From the IMG/VR virus record IMGVR_UViG_2579778884_000012: 38,749 nucleotides of DNA, one strand, 5' to 3'. The stretch comes from a virus (taxonomy: Duplodnaviria; Heunggongvirae; Uroviricota; Caudoviricetes). Shown piece by piece: positions 8,672-18,979 of the stretch (positions are counted from its first letter, which is position 1; each line of letters opens with the position of its first letter). The notes under the pieces are model-generated. The model ran no database searches. It saw only the letters and a program-made list of their open reading frames with translations, and had not been told where the DNA came from. Made by a program: the position numbers and the translations under genes.

Positions 8672-9781
8672 TTAATCTGAGTCCATTTTCCCAAACTCTG
8701 TCAGGCCGAAAACGGAGCTACCAGAAACATGAGCTTGTAAGCCCGCTTCCTGCATGTCACTTAATTCAACTTCTTGGCTATCCTCTAATCCGATAGAGAA
8801 CATGGGATAGGCCCAGTTCCAATTCGGATCAGGAACCAAACTATTATTCTCTATCTTGAAAAAGCTGACCATGAGATGATGCCTTCCCTGTATCGCCTCT
8901 TCATCATTGATGTTGACCAGTACACCAAAGTGCTTGTAGCCGGCTTGTCCATTCTCGAACATTTTTATCTTGGTGCCGTTTCTGAACATCCAAAAAGAAT
9001 GATTTCCAGTGGAATCAGCGACCTGCAAGTTATCTTCGTCAATTTCCCAATTAAGATATTGTTTGATATCAGACTTTGGTTTGAGTTTTTCGTCATTACT
9101 AAACCATTGTATTGCCGGAAGTGGAAGGTGAAGACCTTCCGGCTGGGGAGGCTGACCTGCAGCAATGGAATGCATGATCTCTGTCATTGATGGAAGCCCC
9201 ATCAAATGCCATACATCATGGATATCCTTTTTAAGTATAAGAAGCCCTTTGGATACACCATCCGCGTAAGTTGACTTTAAGCGGACTAGTATGTCCTTGT
9301 TACCATCTTTGTCGAGGTCTTCAATGTTTACTGAAGAAGCCACAACCTCGTCGTCCCCTGCGTCTGGGATGATTGCCCAATACCCAATATCGTAGAATCC
9401 AGGTCTGCCAACCACCTTATCTATCAAACTCTGTCCAGAGGGCTCGAAGACCATCAGGAAACGGCTAAGGGCACCATTTGTGCTCACAGTTCTTCCGTAG
9501 ACTACAACGGAGTTTGAGGTGCTTAGATCGAGAGACTCGCTAGCCACTGAGTCAAACGCCACTGAGTCCAAATGTGTGGCAAGCTGCTGCTGGATGCACT
9601 CCCGAGCCATTTCAACTAATTTTTCGCGAACATCAGCAGATCGTATTGGCTGTGAAGTGAAATGGAAAAGCCCTACTGTAGCCGCTATGCCTATTATTCC
9701 CGAAATAACGGTACTTAGAACCTGCTCCTTTACCACTTTCACAACTTTCATCAATAGCTTCTTCAACTTCACTTCAGGCAC
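8672..9781 (-). CDS. Hypothetical membrane-anchored protein (accessory cargo at the Z/fun position), up to 369 aa
   Basis: Long AT-rich ORF between FI and G. One N-terminal hydrophobic helix (VLSTVISGIIGIAATVGLFHF) followed by about 320 aa of soluble domain with no motif I recognise. The track start is a GTG directly after an in-frame TAG; the first ATG is 10 codons in (9751), so the true start is uncertain. Confidence 0.6.
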   Translation of the reverse strand: MPEVKLKKLLMKVVKVVKEQVLSTVISGIIGIAATVGLFHFTSQPIRSADVREKLVEMARECIQQQLATHLDSVAFDSVASESLDLSTSNSVVVYGRTVSTNGALSRFLMVFEPSGQSLIDKVVGRPGFYDIGYWAIIPDAGDDEVVASSVNIEDLDKDGNKDILVRLKSTYADGVSKGLLILKKDIHDVWHLMGLPSMTEIMHSIAAGQPPQPEGLHLPLPAIQWFSNDEKLKPKSDIKQYLNWEIDEDNLQVADSTGNHSFWMFRNGTKIKMFENGQAGYKHFGVLVNINDEEAIQGRHHLMVSFFKIENNSLVPDPNWNWAYPMFSIGLEDSQEVELSDMQEAGLQAHVSGSSVFGLTEFGKMDSD

Positions 9782-9994
9782 CTAAATACTATTAAACTTG
9801 TCATGGGAAAATCCGATTATTATTGTAGAGAACAACAAAAACTGGCCTCGATTTTAGAGTTTTTCCAGTATCTATTTTCCGACTCGTTCGGCGGTAATCC
9901 ACCGTTATATTCATGAGGCCGGGGTGCACTATAATATTCAACTATATACTCTGTTTGTAGTGGCACATTAAATTTGGTGACAGATATGCATCAC

Positions 9995-10018
9995 GTCCGC
10001 TCCTAGCACAGAGCGGAC
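9995..10018 (-). other. Inverted repeat GTCCGCTC-N8-GAGCGGAC downstream of G
   Basis: 8-bp perfect stems seen directly; no clear T-run. Could be the terminator of the V-G operon or a binding site. Confidence 0.3.
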
Positions 10019-10079
10019 AGTCAGATTAGGTTTTACTCTGTGCCATAGATGAGTAATCTCACACCAGAGCTAATACGAT

Positions 10080-10658
10080 TTATTGCGGCATTTCAGGCCA
10101 TTCTATATCCGGAGCATTTTCCGGCTGAACGCGATTAAGTAGCACACGGTATTTTTTCCAGTGTGTCAGGCTTAACTTTTCTTCCTCGGTAGCCATATCT
10201 AAATCGACAGCATCCTGCAGCATGGCAATGATTTCACCTGCATATGCAATCTGCTCTTTCTTCTGAGACTCAGCCGCTCTGACAAGTGCATCACGCTCTG
10301 CATTCTCATCATTCACCCACGCATTTCCGTTCCATTTCTGATAATCCCCCTCCGGGGAAATGGCTGTCACGTCTGGAGGTAATGCGCCAAGTTCAGAAAT
10401 ATAAATGGCTGCTCCCGTTTTCGTTTCGTAGACAGTCTTTCCGCGATGATCTTCCATCAACTCCCATTTCATTTCATCTGCATTGAAAACGGCTGCATAA
10501 CCAGCAGGAATATCAGGTGGTGCAATATCTGTACTGTTTGCAGGCAGGCCAGTATACGGCGGAATATATGCATCACTTTCGCCAATAAACTCATTGGTTC
10601 CATCAAGTAAATTGAAAACGCGGATAGTTTGTGCTTCTGCACTCATTCTGAAAGCCAT
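10080..10658 (-). CDS. G: Tail fiber assembly chaperone gpG (Tfa-like), 192 aa
   Basis: Immediately downstream of the H tail fiber with its start overlapping the H stop; size and position match P2 gpG / lambda Tfa-type chaperones. Confidence 0.8.
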   Translation of the reverse strand: MAFRMSAEAQTIRVFNLLDGTNEFIGESDAYIPPYTGLPANSTDIAPPDIPAGYAAVFNADEMKWELMEDHRGKTVYETKTGAAIYISELGALPPDVTAISPEGDYQKWNGNAWVNDENAERDALVRAAESQKKEQIAYAGEIIAMLQDAVDLDMATEEEKLSLTHWKKYRVLLNRVQPENAPDIEWPEMPQ

Positions 10659-13276
10659 TATGCAAGCCTCACAATATAGTTAAATGCGATGTTTTTGACG
10701 GTGTTTTCGGTATTGCCAGTAGCATTTACGGTAATGGAATGCCCGTGTGAGCCAATAGCAACAGTGTGTGAATGTGCACCAATACCAACAGTATGGTTAT
10801 GTGCTCCAATGTCGACTGTATGTGCATGATTGCCTGATGAACTTGTAGTCGTAGCACCTTTATCACTTCGCGGAACACCATAATCTGCACCGCCTGATTG
10901 CACGCTCACAGCAAAACCGACGGTATGTGTATGATTGCCAGAAGTATTGGTTGATTTTGTGCCGTGGTTAAACGTACTGACTGTTTTTGTCCCGTAATCA
11001 AATGAACTGGTCGTTTTCGTTCCTAAGTCCGTATTTGACGCACTGGCGCTGTGAGTATGCGATTTAATCCCGTCCTGTTCCTGTGACAATACGGCACGCC
11101 CACTGGCGGGTTTGCCCTTGATTGTCCAGCCGCGCATATCTGGAATAACACCAGAAGGATAGGCAATAGCCAGTTTCGGATATGCTGCCTTATCAAACGT
11201 CTGTCCCTGCATGATTGCATAGCCTGCAGGCGGTGTATCTGATGGCCATGGCAGCGGAACACCTGGCGGAAATACTTCAATATTTGCCGAGCCGTCAAAT
11301 TTCACGCCGTTAATTGTCCTTGCCGTTTTCAGCTTTGTTGCTGTAGCCGCATTGCCGGACAGTTCGCCTGAAAGACCACCGCTGAATGTCTGTTTCGCCG
11401 CCCATGTCTGAGCTTCGTCGATAATTGGCACACGTCTTGTCGTGATCGTGCGGCTTCCCGGATTTCCTGAAATACGCACCATAAAAAAGCGGTAATTCGC
11501 TTTACTTACAGTGCTGCGCCATACATGCATTGAGCGCCCCGTACCGGAATCATCACTCGGACCAACTGCGATGTTTATCAGGTTGCCATCAATGACGCCC
11601 CAGTCCATACCGTCGGGAATGTTGGTCATGTTATCAAGCCGAACGGTTATCAGACTGCCCGGCACAAAGTCGTGGGTCTGCCAGTCCAGGCTGGTGAGCT
11701 TTGCCACTGCACCGCCGATACCCAGATTCAGGGGAAGTGAATACGAGGTGTAGACTTCCCGCCATTCGCTCCACGAGCTGCCGGTATAGACGCGCTCAAA
11801 CGTGCGACCTTTAAGGGTTGCACCTGTTCCGGCAGTTGTATAACGCTGCCATACGTTAACACCATCAAAGCGCCTCAACACTTCCAGAATACCGAGGACT
11901 GTCACGCCGTTTCCGTCCAGTATTGGACCGTTGGTCGCTTTACCTGTAACGCTGTAAATACCTGGTGAAGTCACATCATTCAAATCCCCGTCGTAATAAC
12001 GACTCTCTGACTGATGACCAACTCTTAACCACGGTTCCCACTGCGGATTTGATGCATCCCAGCTTGCCGCAAGGCAGCGGACGTACATATTTCCACGGCG
12101 AGTGGTATAACGTTGCGTTCTTCCATAATTCCCGCCTTCGAGGATCTCAAGCGTCCCCTGAGCAAAGCCGCCTTCCTCTGGATAATTGCGTTCATATGAA
12201 GCTATAGCCGAGCTACTGTTACGCCATAAACCAAGATGCTCGGCGGCTCCAAGCGTATTCAGGTCTATAGTCGTACTCAAAGGGCGGGTCGCTGATTGAG
12301 TGTGACGCCATACGCCCCACGGACCATCAGTGCCATTCCACTTATTGGCGAGTTTACGCATGTATACATTGCCGTCTCTTGTGGTAAAGCGTTGCGTACC
12401 TGCAAAATTGCCGGCAGCAAAAACCTCAAGCACACCGACAGCATTATCTTCCGGGAAATTTTTCTCCAGTGTTGCGTTGGTGGATGTTGCTTTAGACCAG
12501 ATACCTGAATAAGCCTTAACAGGACCAAACGTATTCAGATCAGCATCAACCGGCATTTCGCCATTGTTTTTCATAAACGTCAGGCTGGTAACGCCAACAT
12601 TGTCCAGAAAAGCTGATTTATCCTGGATATCTGCACCGTTCTGATTTTTCGCCAGACGTGAATTTGCGTTGTCATTCGCAGCCTTGACCGCTTTTGGCGT
12701 TGCCGCCAGTGACTCACTGGTGCTGTTTGTTGCACTGCTTAACTGAGTAAAACCTTTCTCTGTCAGCGTGGCGTCAGGATGGCGGCGGGACTGCTCATGC
12801 TCTGCGATTTTGTCATCGACGTAATCCTGCGTCGCCATCACTGTGCTGGCATCAATACTCAGCTCAACGGACGCCACGTTACTGAGAATAATAACCATGC
12901 GGCAGGTCTGCGCACGTCCGGAGCCTTCAGCCAGTTCTGGCTTATAGCTTTCTGCCATGTTGGATACCGCAATCAGTGTTCCGGCATCATCATACAGACC
13001 AAGCTCACGCATCCAGAAGCCGCCCACTTCTGGCGGAACAACCAGTTCAGCCACGATATAGTTTTTATTCTTGTTATCCACACTGACTTTATTCAGAGCG
13101 TGACGCCAGACTTCATGCACCAGTTTCGTCTGACCGGCATCCGGCACCGGCAATTGGCCATTACCGTCACCCACAGCCATTGCAGACAGGTTTACTTTTT
13201 TCCCGCCGGGAACAGTAGCGGCTGCCAGCTTCGCGGCTCCGGCAGTAGTGATAACGGTTTTAAATTTCGTGCTCAT
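10658..13276 (-). CDS. H: Tail fiber protein gpH, 872 aa, mosaic C-terminal half
   Basis: N-terminus [24 protein letters not shown]... recognised as the conserved gpH N-terminal domain. Middle holds three tandem ~55-aa modules; C-terminus holds His-x-His repeats ([37 protein letters not shown]). Confidence 0.88.
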   Translation of the reverse strand: MSTKFKTVITTAGAAKLAAATVPGGKKVNLSAMAVGDGNGQLPVPDAGQTKLVHEVWRHALNKVSVDNKNKNYIVAELVVPPEVGGFWMRELGLYDDAGTLIAVSNMAESYKPELAEGSGRAQTCRMVIILSNVASVELSIDASTVMATQDYVDDKIAEHEQSRRHPDATLTEKGFTQLSSATNSTSESLAATPKAVKAANDNANSRLAKNQNGADIQDKSAFLDNVGVTSLTFMKNNGEMPVDADLNTFGPVKAYSGIWSKATSTNATLEKNFPEDNAVGVLEVFAAGNFAGTQRFTTRDGNVYMRKLANKWNGTDGPWGVWRHTQSATRPLSTTIDLNTLGAAEHLGLWRNSSSAIASYERNYPEEGGFAQGTLEILEGGNYGRTQRYTTRRGNMYVRCLAASWDASNPQWEPWLRVGHQSESRYYDGDLNDVTSPGIYSVTGKATNGPILDGNGVTVLGILEVLRRFDGVNVWQRYTTAGTGATLKGRTFERVYTGSSWSEWREVYTSYSLPLNLGIGGAVAKLTSLDWQTHDFVPGSLITVRLDNMTNIPDGMDWGVIDGNLINIAVGPSDDSGTGRSMHVWRSTVSKANYRFFMVRISGNPGSRTITTRRVPIIDEAQTWAAKQTFSGGLSGELSGNAATATKLKTARTINGVKFDGSANIEVFPPGVPLPWPSDTPPAGYAIMQGQTFDKAAYPKLAIAYPSGVIPDMRGWTIKGKPASGRAVLSQEQDGIKSHTHSASASNTDLGTKTTSSFDYGTKTVSTFNHGTKSTNTSGNHTHTVGFAVSVQSGGADYGVPRSDKGATTTSSSGNHAHTVDIGAHNHTVGIGAHSHTVAIGSHGHSITVNATGNTENTVKNIAFNYIVRLA

Positions 13277-13286
13277 TGTTTCTCAC

Positions 13287-13817
13287 TTATCCGGGATAAA
13301 CAGTAATAACATCACCATCACAGACCACACCGCCTGTATACAGATAGCCGGGAATGTCCTGGATAATGTTCAGACCGATAAGGTGGCGACTTGCGGGTTT
13401 GGCATCGGCAATCAGCCGTTCCATTTCCAGATACATCTCCTCCGTGATGCCGCTTTCCAGCACACCGATATCAAGGCGAAAGGTTCCGGGCGGGTCGTTT
13501 GTCTCCCACCATTCCTTTACGTTAATGAGATAGCCGAGCGGCTCCACCACACGCCGGATTGCGCCGATAGTGCCTTTATGACAGTGGATGAAATAGGCAT
13601 CGCGGATAACGGCGCGTTTTGTCGCTTCCGGCCACTTTTCATCCCACCTGTCGACCGAAAACGCCCACGCCAGCCACGGCAGCAGATTTGCCGGGCAGGT
13701 GTCCGGGTTCCACAGCTCACGAATACTGACCGGCGTTTTTTCAATTTCCGCACAGGCTTTTGCGGCGGCGACCTCAAGCGGTGATGAGCCGGTCGGCAGC
13801 AGGCGCGAATCACTCAT
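13287..13817 (-). CDS. I: Baseplate protein gpI, 176 aa
   Basis: 176 aa equals P2 gpI; between J and H. Confidence 0.88.
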   Translation of the reverse strand: MSDSRLLPTGSSPLEVAAAKACAEIEKTPVSIRELWNPDTCPANLLPWLAWAFSVDRWDEKWPEATKRAVIRDAYFIHCHKGTIGAIRRVVEPLGYLINVKEWWETNDPPGTFRLDIGVLESGITEEMYLEMERLIADAKPASRHLIGLNIIQDIPGYLYTGGVVCDGDVITVYPG

Positions 13818-14718
13818 CCGAGCCTCCGGTCACAACGCGGTATTCGGTACAGAAAGACGCCTGCGTATTGTTGAGCACGATGTCGGCCAGTGGTGCAGCC
13901 AGTTCGACACGCTGCACGCCTTCCACATGCAAAGCGGCATAAATGGCAGACAGACGGATGTCGCGCCCCAGCCGGTGCTGTGCCGTGATGTACGCTTCCA
14001 GTTTTTTCACGGCAGCAGCGCGGATGGGTTCGCTTTCGGGACCAGGGTAAAGGTAAAGCGTGGCGTTTATCTGGTATTCAACGATGGCGGCAGACTGCAC
14101 GGTCACGCGGTCGGCCACCGGCCTGACGTCCTCACCATTAAGGGCGTTACGCACCACCGCCAGCAGGTCTTCGGAAGCGACACCGTTATTTTCACGTGAC
14201 AGCACAGAGATGGTGACACAGGCCGGAGACGGACTGGTGACAGAGATATCCGCGACACGCCCGTCAGCACTGCGTCCATGATACTGATAGGCACCCACCG
14301 ACCCGGCGACGCTTAAACCTTCAAACGCCTGCTGAATACGCAGACGATAATCGGTGTCAGATTCCATCACTGCCGGTGTCGGCGGGATGGTCGAATCATC
14401 TGCCGGGGTGATAATCAGGCGCGTGGTGTTGTAATTGGCACCAATCACATCAAGGTCATTACCGGCGGCACAGGCCAGCATCACCGCCCGTGCGGCCTCA
14501 TTCACACGCTGACGCCAGATAAGCTCACGATAAGCATTTTCCTCCAGCAGTTTGACGAGAGGCTCAGATTCCAGTGTCAGGGTACGGGCGACCGCCTCCT
14601 GCTGGTCTTCCGGGTAAAGGGAAATCAGTGTCGCCTTGCGTTCGGCAAGAATGGTTTCAAAGTCCAGCTCCTCGACCACATCCGGTGCGGGTAGCTGGTT
14701 CAGGTCGATAATCGGCAT
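13810..14718 (-). CDS. J: Baseplate protein gpJ, 302 aa
   Basis: 302 aa equals P2 gpJ; overlaps the I start. Confidence 0.88.
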   Translation of the reverse strand: MPIIDLNQLPAPDVVEELDFETILAERKATLISLYPEDQQEAVARTLTLESEPLVKLLEENAYRELIWRQRVNEAARAVMLACAAGNDLDVIGANYNTTRLIITPADDSTIPPTPAVMESDTDYRLRIQQAFEGLSVAGSVGAYQYHGRSADGRVADISVTSPSPACVTISVLSRENNGVASEDLLAVVRNALNGEDVRPVADRVTVQSAAIVEYQINATLYLYPGPESEPIRAAAVKKLEAYITAQHRLGRDIRLSAIYAALHVEGVQRVELAAPLADIVLNNTQASFCTEYRVVTGGSDE

Positions 14719-14722
14719 GGTT

Positions 14723-15070
14723 TCAACTCACAGGGATGGTTAACGAAAGTGGCTGGCCGGTGTCGTTGTGCTGGCCGGTTAACGTGACCGTCATTCGCCC
14801 GTCAAAACTGCGCTCAGTGGTGACGGATGACAGGGTGACGCGGGGTTCCCATTTCAGCACCGCCATGTAACAGGCGACCTTAATCTGCAACTCAAGCGCC
14901 GGGGTCTGCGGCTGGTCAATCATTGACGCCAGCAACGAGCCGTAATCACGACGCATCACCCGTGAGCCGACCGGTGTGCGCAGGATATCGCCGATACTCT
15001 GGCTGATATGCTCAAGGTCAGTGACAGTCAGGCCATCACTGCGATTCATTCCGAGATAACGCGCTGTCAT
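14723..15070 (-). CDS. W: Baseplate wedge protein gpW (gp25-like), 115 aa
   Basis: 115 aa equals P2 gpW; between V and J. Confidence 0.88.
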   Translation of the reverse strand: MTARYLGMNRSDGLTVTDLEHISQSIGDILRTPVGSRVMRRDYGSLLASMIDQPQTPALELQIKVACYMAVLKWEPRVTLSSVTTERSFDGRMTVTLTGQHNDTGQPLSLTIPVS

Positions 15071-15702
15071 AAAGGACTCCCGGTTGTGCCGCCGCTGTCG
15101 CCGGGGTGTTTATGGGTATGCAGTACCTTACCGTTTGATGAGAGTTCACCGCCGGTGTGTTCAATGTTGCCGCGCATCGTCCCGCCCTTCTGCACTTCCA
15201 GCGTGCCGGTGATCAGCTTGTTTGTGCAGACCACCTCCGGCGTGTCCAGAGTGATGCGGGTTGATGCTTTCACCATGACCACCGGCACCGTGGCAGTAAC
15301 AGAATCAGAAGCCGTCACGCTGGCCGTTTTAATTCCGCTTACCGTAAGCGCACTGGTTTCGGGTTCATACTCAATCACCGCCCCGTCAGGGAAACGGATA
15401 TGCAGGGCATCCGCCGACGCAGACGGCGCAGGGTTATCGCCGGAATAAATCCCCGGCAGAACGAACGCCGTGTCGAGTTCACCGCCCACGGCCAGAATCA
15501 GCACCTGTTCCCCCACGGAAGGTGCCCACCATGTGCGCGAACGTCCGGCGCGATGGGTCAGCCACTGAAGCCAGTCGGTGCACATGCCGCCGGTCTGCAC
15601 ACGGCAGCGACCGGCGTTAAGGTCGGTTTCAACGATAATGCCGGTACGAATCATGTTGCGCAGTGCGCGCGCGAGTTCCTGAATATTTGCGAGAGTGTCC
15701 AT
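15067..15702 (-). CDS. V: Baseplate spike protein gpV, 211 aa
   Basis: Starting at the internal Met (MDTLANIQELARALRNMIRTGIIVETD...) gives 211 aa, equal to P2 gpV. The track ORF carries a 6-codon extension. Confidence 0.85.
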   Translation of the reverse strand: MDTLANIQELARALRNMIRTGIIVETDLNAGRCRVQTGGMCTDWLQWLTHRAGRSRTWWAPSVGEQVLILAVGGELDTAFVLPGIYSGDNPAPSASADALHIRFPDGAVIEYEPETSALTVSGIKTASVTASDSVTATVPVVMVKASTRITLDTPEVVCTNKLITGTLEVQKGGTMRGNIEHTGGELSSNGKVLHTHKHPGDSGGTTGSPL

Positions 15703-15785
15703 GCATGTGAGATTGCACAATATATAAAAGTTATGCTATCTGGATTCATTTGTAGAACCACCAGACAACATTCAAGGAGAGCGTA

Positions 15786-16562
15786 ATGGTCAGCTATAAT
15801 GTGACTAATGTGTGGGAGCTAATCGTTTTGTATCTTTTGGTCTTTGCAGTATTAGCATTTTTTAGCTTTGGTAAAAGTAACCTTATGAGGCTTATTGCAC
15901 ATTATTTCAAATTTGGATATTCAGACAAAAAATTAAAAAGACTGGACCGCGAGTGGCGCGACATTCAACTATTTAAAATACTTAACGGAATCAATGTATC
16001 AGGCATCGAAGATGTGAGAATGATACAGCAGGGGCTGATTGATGGAAAACTAAAAACATCGGATTTTTTCCTTACTCGCTTCTGGGGAGACATAACAGAA
16101 CCGCCATGCATCACAAAAACAATGAGTGCAGTCCTGGCCGGAATTCTTTATATTATCTTCGCATGTTGCATACACAACGAGCAATCTGCCATAGTAGAGG
16201 ATGCCATAGCCATACCATATAAAAATATGATGTACCATGTTTATAATGACAAGGTTCTTTTGTTCTCCGACAATAAAACAGATAAGTTCTATAAAGCTTT
16301 TAGCATTGCCGATTGCAAGAGACTGCAGAACACTTTTGTAACAGACACACTTCCTGCAATCGCCTGCAATAAGCTCTTACAGCTAAACGAGGAGGACTCC
16401 GAATGGTTAAGTCAGGAGATTAAAGATAATAACAGCCACAGAAAAACATTATTAATAATATCCCTAATCTATTTCATTTCAGGTGCGTATTTTCATGAAA
16501 GGAGATCACTCAATAACTTCCATCGAGATCGGGTAATAACATTTGAACAGATCGCTGAATAA
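15786..16562 (+). CDS. Hypothetical integral membrane protein (accessory gene at the orf30 position), 258 aa as it stands
   Basis: AT-rich ORF on the strand opposite the late genes, with a good RBS (AAGGAGAGCGTA ATG). Three predicted hydrophobic helices (about residues 12-29, 114-130, 230-245). Its last seven codons and stop lie inside the inferred IS terminal repeat. Confidence 0.65.
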   Translation: MVSYNVTNVWELIVLYLLVFAVLAFFSFGKSNLMRLIAHYFKFGYSDKKLKRLDREWRDIQLFKILNGINVSGIEDVRMIQQGLIDGKLKTSDFFLTRFWGDITEPPCITKTMSAVLAGILYIIFACCIHNEQSAIVEDAIAIPYKNMMYHVYNDKVLLFSDNKTDKFYKAFSIADCKRLQNTFVTDTLPAIACNKLLQLNEEDSEWLSQEIKDNNSHRKTLLIISLIYFISGAYFHERRSLNNFHRDRVITFEQIAE

Positions 16563-16676
16563 CATCGATGGAGATCACTTTTGACTCATTTTGTTATTCA
16601 GTGATCTCCATCAATGTTATTGGAACTTCACAGGTGTGTTGATCTGTATCTTTTGCCATTCCGGTAAAGGATACCT

Positions 16677-18218
16677 ATGCCAACAGTTCCAATTTCTATG
16701 AGAAAACTTAAAGAAATTCTTAGGCTTAAATACGGTGTTGGACTCAGCCATCGACAAATTGGTCGTAGTCTTGCAATCTCCCCTTCCGTTGTATCCAGAT
16801 ATGCTAATCGGGCGGCTCAACTTGGCATAAAGCAGTGGCCCTTACCTACAGGATGGGATGATACAAAACTAAAACATGCGTTCCTTCAGACCCAGGTTAA
16901 GATGAAGAAGCACTCTCTGCCTGACTGGGCTACAGTACACCGGGAACTGCGTAATAAATGCGTGACGCTGCAGCTACTCTGGGAAGAATACTGTGAGCGT
17001 AATCCAGGCGGTTTTTACAGCTATAACCATTACTGCCGGATGTACCGTGAATGGCTCAAAACCACTTCACCATCAATGCGTCAGGTACATAAAGCTGGCG
17101 AAAAACTTTTCGTTGATTACTGTGGACCTACCGTTGGCGTTACCGACCCTGAGACCGGAGAAATAAGAACTGCTCAGGTCATCGTAGCTGTTCTCGGGGC
17201 ATCAAGTTACACATGGGCAGAGGCCACCTGGTCTCAGCAGCTTGAAGACTGGGTGATGAGTCATGTTCGCTGCTTCCAGTGGTTGGGTGGCGTTCCTGAA
17301 CTTGTTGTTCCGGACAATCTGAAAAGCGCCACATCCAGGGCATGTAAGTATGATCCTGACGTTAACCCTACCTACCAGCAGATGCTTGAGCATTATAATG
17401 TCGCAGTTTTGCCTGCGCGGCCACGTAAACCGAAAGATAAAGCCAAAGCTGAAGTTGGCGTTCAGGTTGTTGAACGCTGGATCATGGCCCGAATCAGGCA
17501 TGAGATCTTCTACAGCCTTGCATCGCTTAATCAGCGCATTCGGGAGTTGCTGGAAAGACTGAATAACAAAATAATGCAGAAGTTGGGTTATTCACGTGCA
17601 GAACTCTTCATCCAGCTTGATAAACCCGCACTGAAGCCTCTTCCTGAAGCCAGTTACAGTTACACCCTGGTGAAGAAAGTCAGAGTTCATGCCGATTACC
17701 ACGTGGAAATCGACAAACATTACTACTCGGTTCCATGTTCGCTGTTAGGCCAGCAACTGGAAGCATGGATCTCCGGAGAACTGGTAAGACTCTTCAATCA
17801 GGGGCAGGAGGTTGCTGTGCACCCGCGCAAGCGTACTTATGGCTACAGTACCCGCAACGAGCACATGCCTGAAGCTCATCGACAGCATGCCACCTGGACG
17901 CCAGAGCGTCTTCTGGAATGGGCGGGGCACATAGGCAGTGAAACTCATAGTTATGTGCTTCATATACTGAACTCTCGTCCACATCCGGAACAAAGCTATC
18001 GCTTCTGCCTTGGACTCCTGAACCTTCATAAAAAATACAGTAAAGCCAGACTTAATGCAGCATGTGCAAGAGCTCTGAAAACAAAGGTATGGCGTCTGTC
18101 AGGTATTAAATCGATCCTGGAAAAAGGTCTGGATAAACAACCTGTTCAGGATCCAAAACCAGATCTGTTATCCACGATGGAACACGAAAACGTACGCGGC
18201 AGTGAGTATTACCACTGA
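16677..18218 (+). CDS. istA: IS21-family transposase IstA, 513 aa
   Basis: N-terminal helix-turn-helix (LSHRQIGRSLAISPSVVSRY), central DDE-type integrase-like region, followed 12 bp later by istB; typical IS21 layout. Confidence 0.85.
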   Translation: MPTVPISMRKLKEILRLKYGVGLSHRQIGRSLAISPSVVSRYANRAAQLGIKQWPLPTGWDDTKLKHAFLQTQVKMKKHSLPDWATVHRELRNKCVTLQLLWEEYCERNPGGFYSYNHYCRMYREWLKTTSPSMRQVHKAGEKLFVDYCGPTVGVTDPETGEIRTAQVIVAVLGASSYTWAEATWSQQLEDWVMSHVRCFQWLGGVPELVVPDNLKSATSRACKYDPDVNPTYQQMLEHYNVAVLPARPRKPKDKAKAEVGVQVVERWIMARIRHEIFYSLASLNQRIRELLERLNNKIMQKLGYSRAELFIQLDKPALKPLPEASYSYTLVKKVRVHADYHVEIDKHYYSVPCSLLGQQLEAWISGELVRLFNQGQEVAVHPRKRTYGYSTRNEHMPEAHRQHATWTPERLLEWAGHIGSETHSYVLHILNSRPHPEQSYRFCLGLLNLHKKYSKARLNAACARALKTKVWRLSGIKSILEKGLDKQPVQDPKPDLLSTMEHENVRGSEYYH

Positions 18219-18229
18219 TACGGGATCCA

Positions 18230-18979
18230 ATGATGAATCATCTTTACGAACAACTGACCGCACTTAAACTCACCGGCTTCCGTGATGCGCTTAAAAAGCA
18301 ACTTGCTCAACCGGGCACATACCAGGAGCTGGGCTTCGAAGAACGCCTGTCATTACTGACAGCAGAAGAACTAACCTGCCGTGAAAACAGGAAGGCAGAG
18401 CGTCTGATCAAACATGCACGGTTCAGACTTAATGCTGAGTTATCAAAGCTGGATTATCGTAACAATAGAGGGCTGGACAGGGCCCTCATCCGTTCACTCA
18501 GTCAGGGAAACTGGTTAACCCTGAAACAAAATATTTTACTGACCGGGGCCACCGGCAGCGGTAAAACGTTCCTGGCATGTGCACTTGGTCATAATGCCTG
18601 CCGACAGGGATACAAGGTCTACTATTATCGCCTTAAAGCGCTGATGGAACAGTGCTATCAGGGGCATGCTGATGGAAGATACAGCAAACTTTTGACCAGG
18701 CTGAATAATAGCGATCTGCTGCTTCTGGATGACTGGGGGCTGGAACCTCTCTCATCAGAACAGCGTAGCGACCTGCTGGAAATAGTGGATCTGATGTACC
18801 AACGAGGCTCAATCATCGTAGTGAGCCAGTTGCCGGTGGAAAACTGGTACAAAATGATCGGAGACTCCACACATGCGGATGCCATCCTAGATCGACTGGT
18901 TCATGGCAGTATCAAGATCGAACTTAAAGGAGAATCAATGCGGAAAATACAATCTCCGTTGACCGAAGGAGATCAGTGA
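18230..18979 (+). CDS. istB: IS21-family ATP-binding helper protein IstB, 249 aa
   Basis: Walker A motif GATGSGKT and Walker B LLLLDDWG; DnaC-like AAA+ fold typical of IstB. Confidence 0.88.
   Translation: MMNHLYEQLTALKLTGFRDALKKQLAQPGTYQELGFEERLSLLTAEELTCRENRKAERLIKHARFRLNAELSKLDYRNNRGLDRALIRSLSQGNWLTLKQNILLTGATGSGKTFLACALGHNACRQGYKVYYYRLKALMEQCYQGHADGRYSKLLTRLNNSDLLLLDDWGLEPLSSEQRSDLLEIVDLMYQRGSIIVVSQLPVENWYKMIGDSTHADAILDRLVHGSIKIELKGESMRKIQSPLTEGDQ

Noticed and set aside
11023-15448. Alternate-frame ORFs within H, I, J, W and V (for example 12779..13306 +, 13248..13784 +, 13699..14199 +, 15008..15448 +, 15400..15786 +)
   Set aside because: Embedded in baseplate and fiber genes with exact P2 length matches; no support as independent genes.
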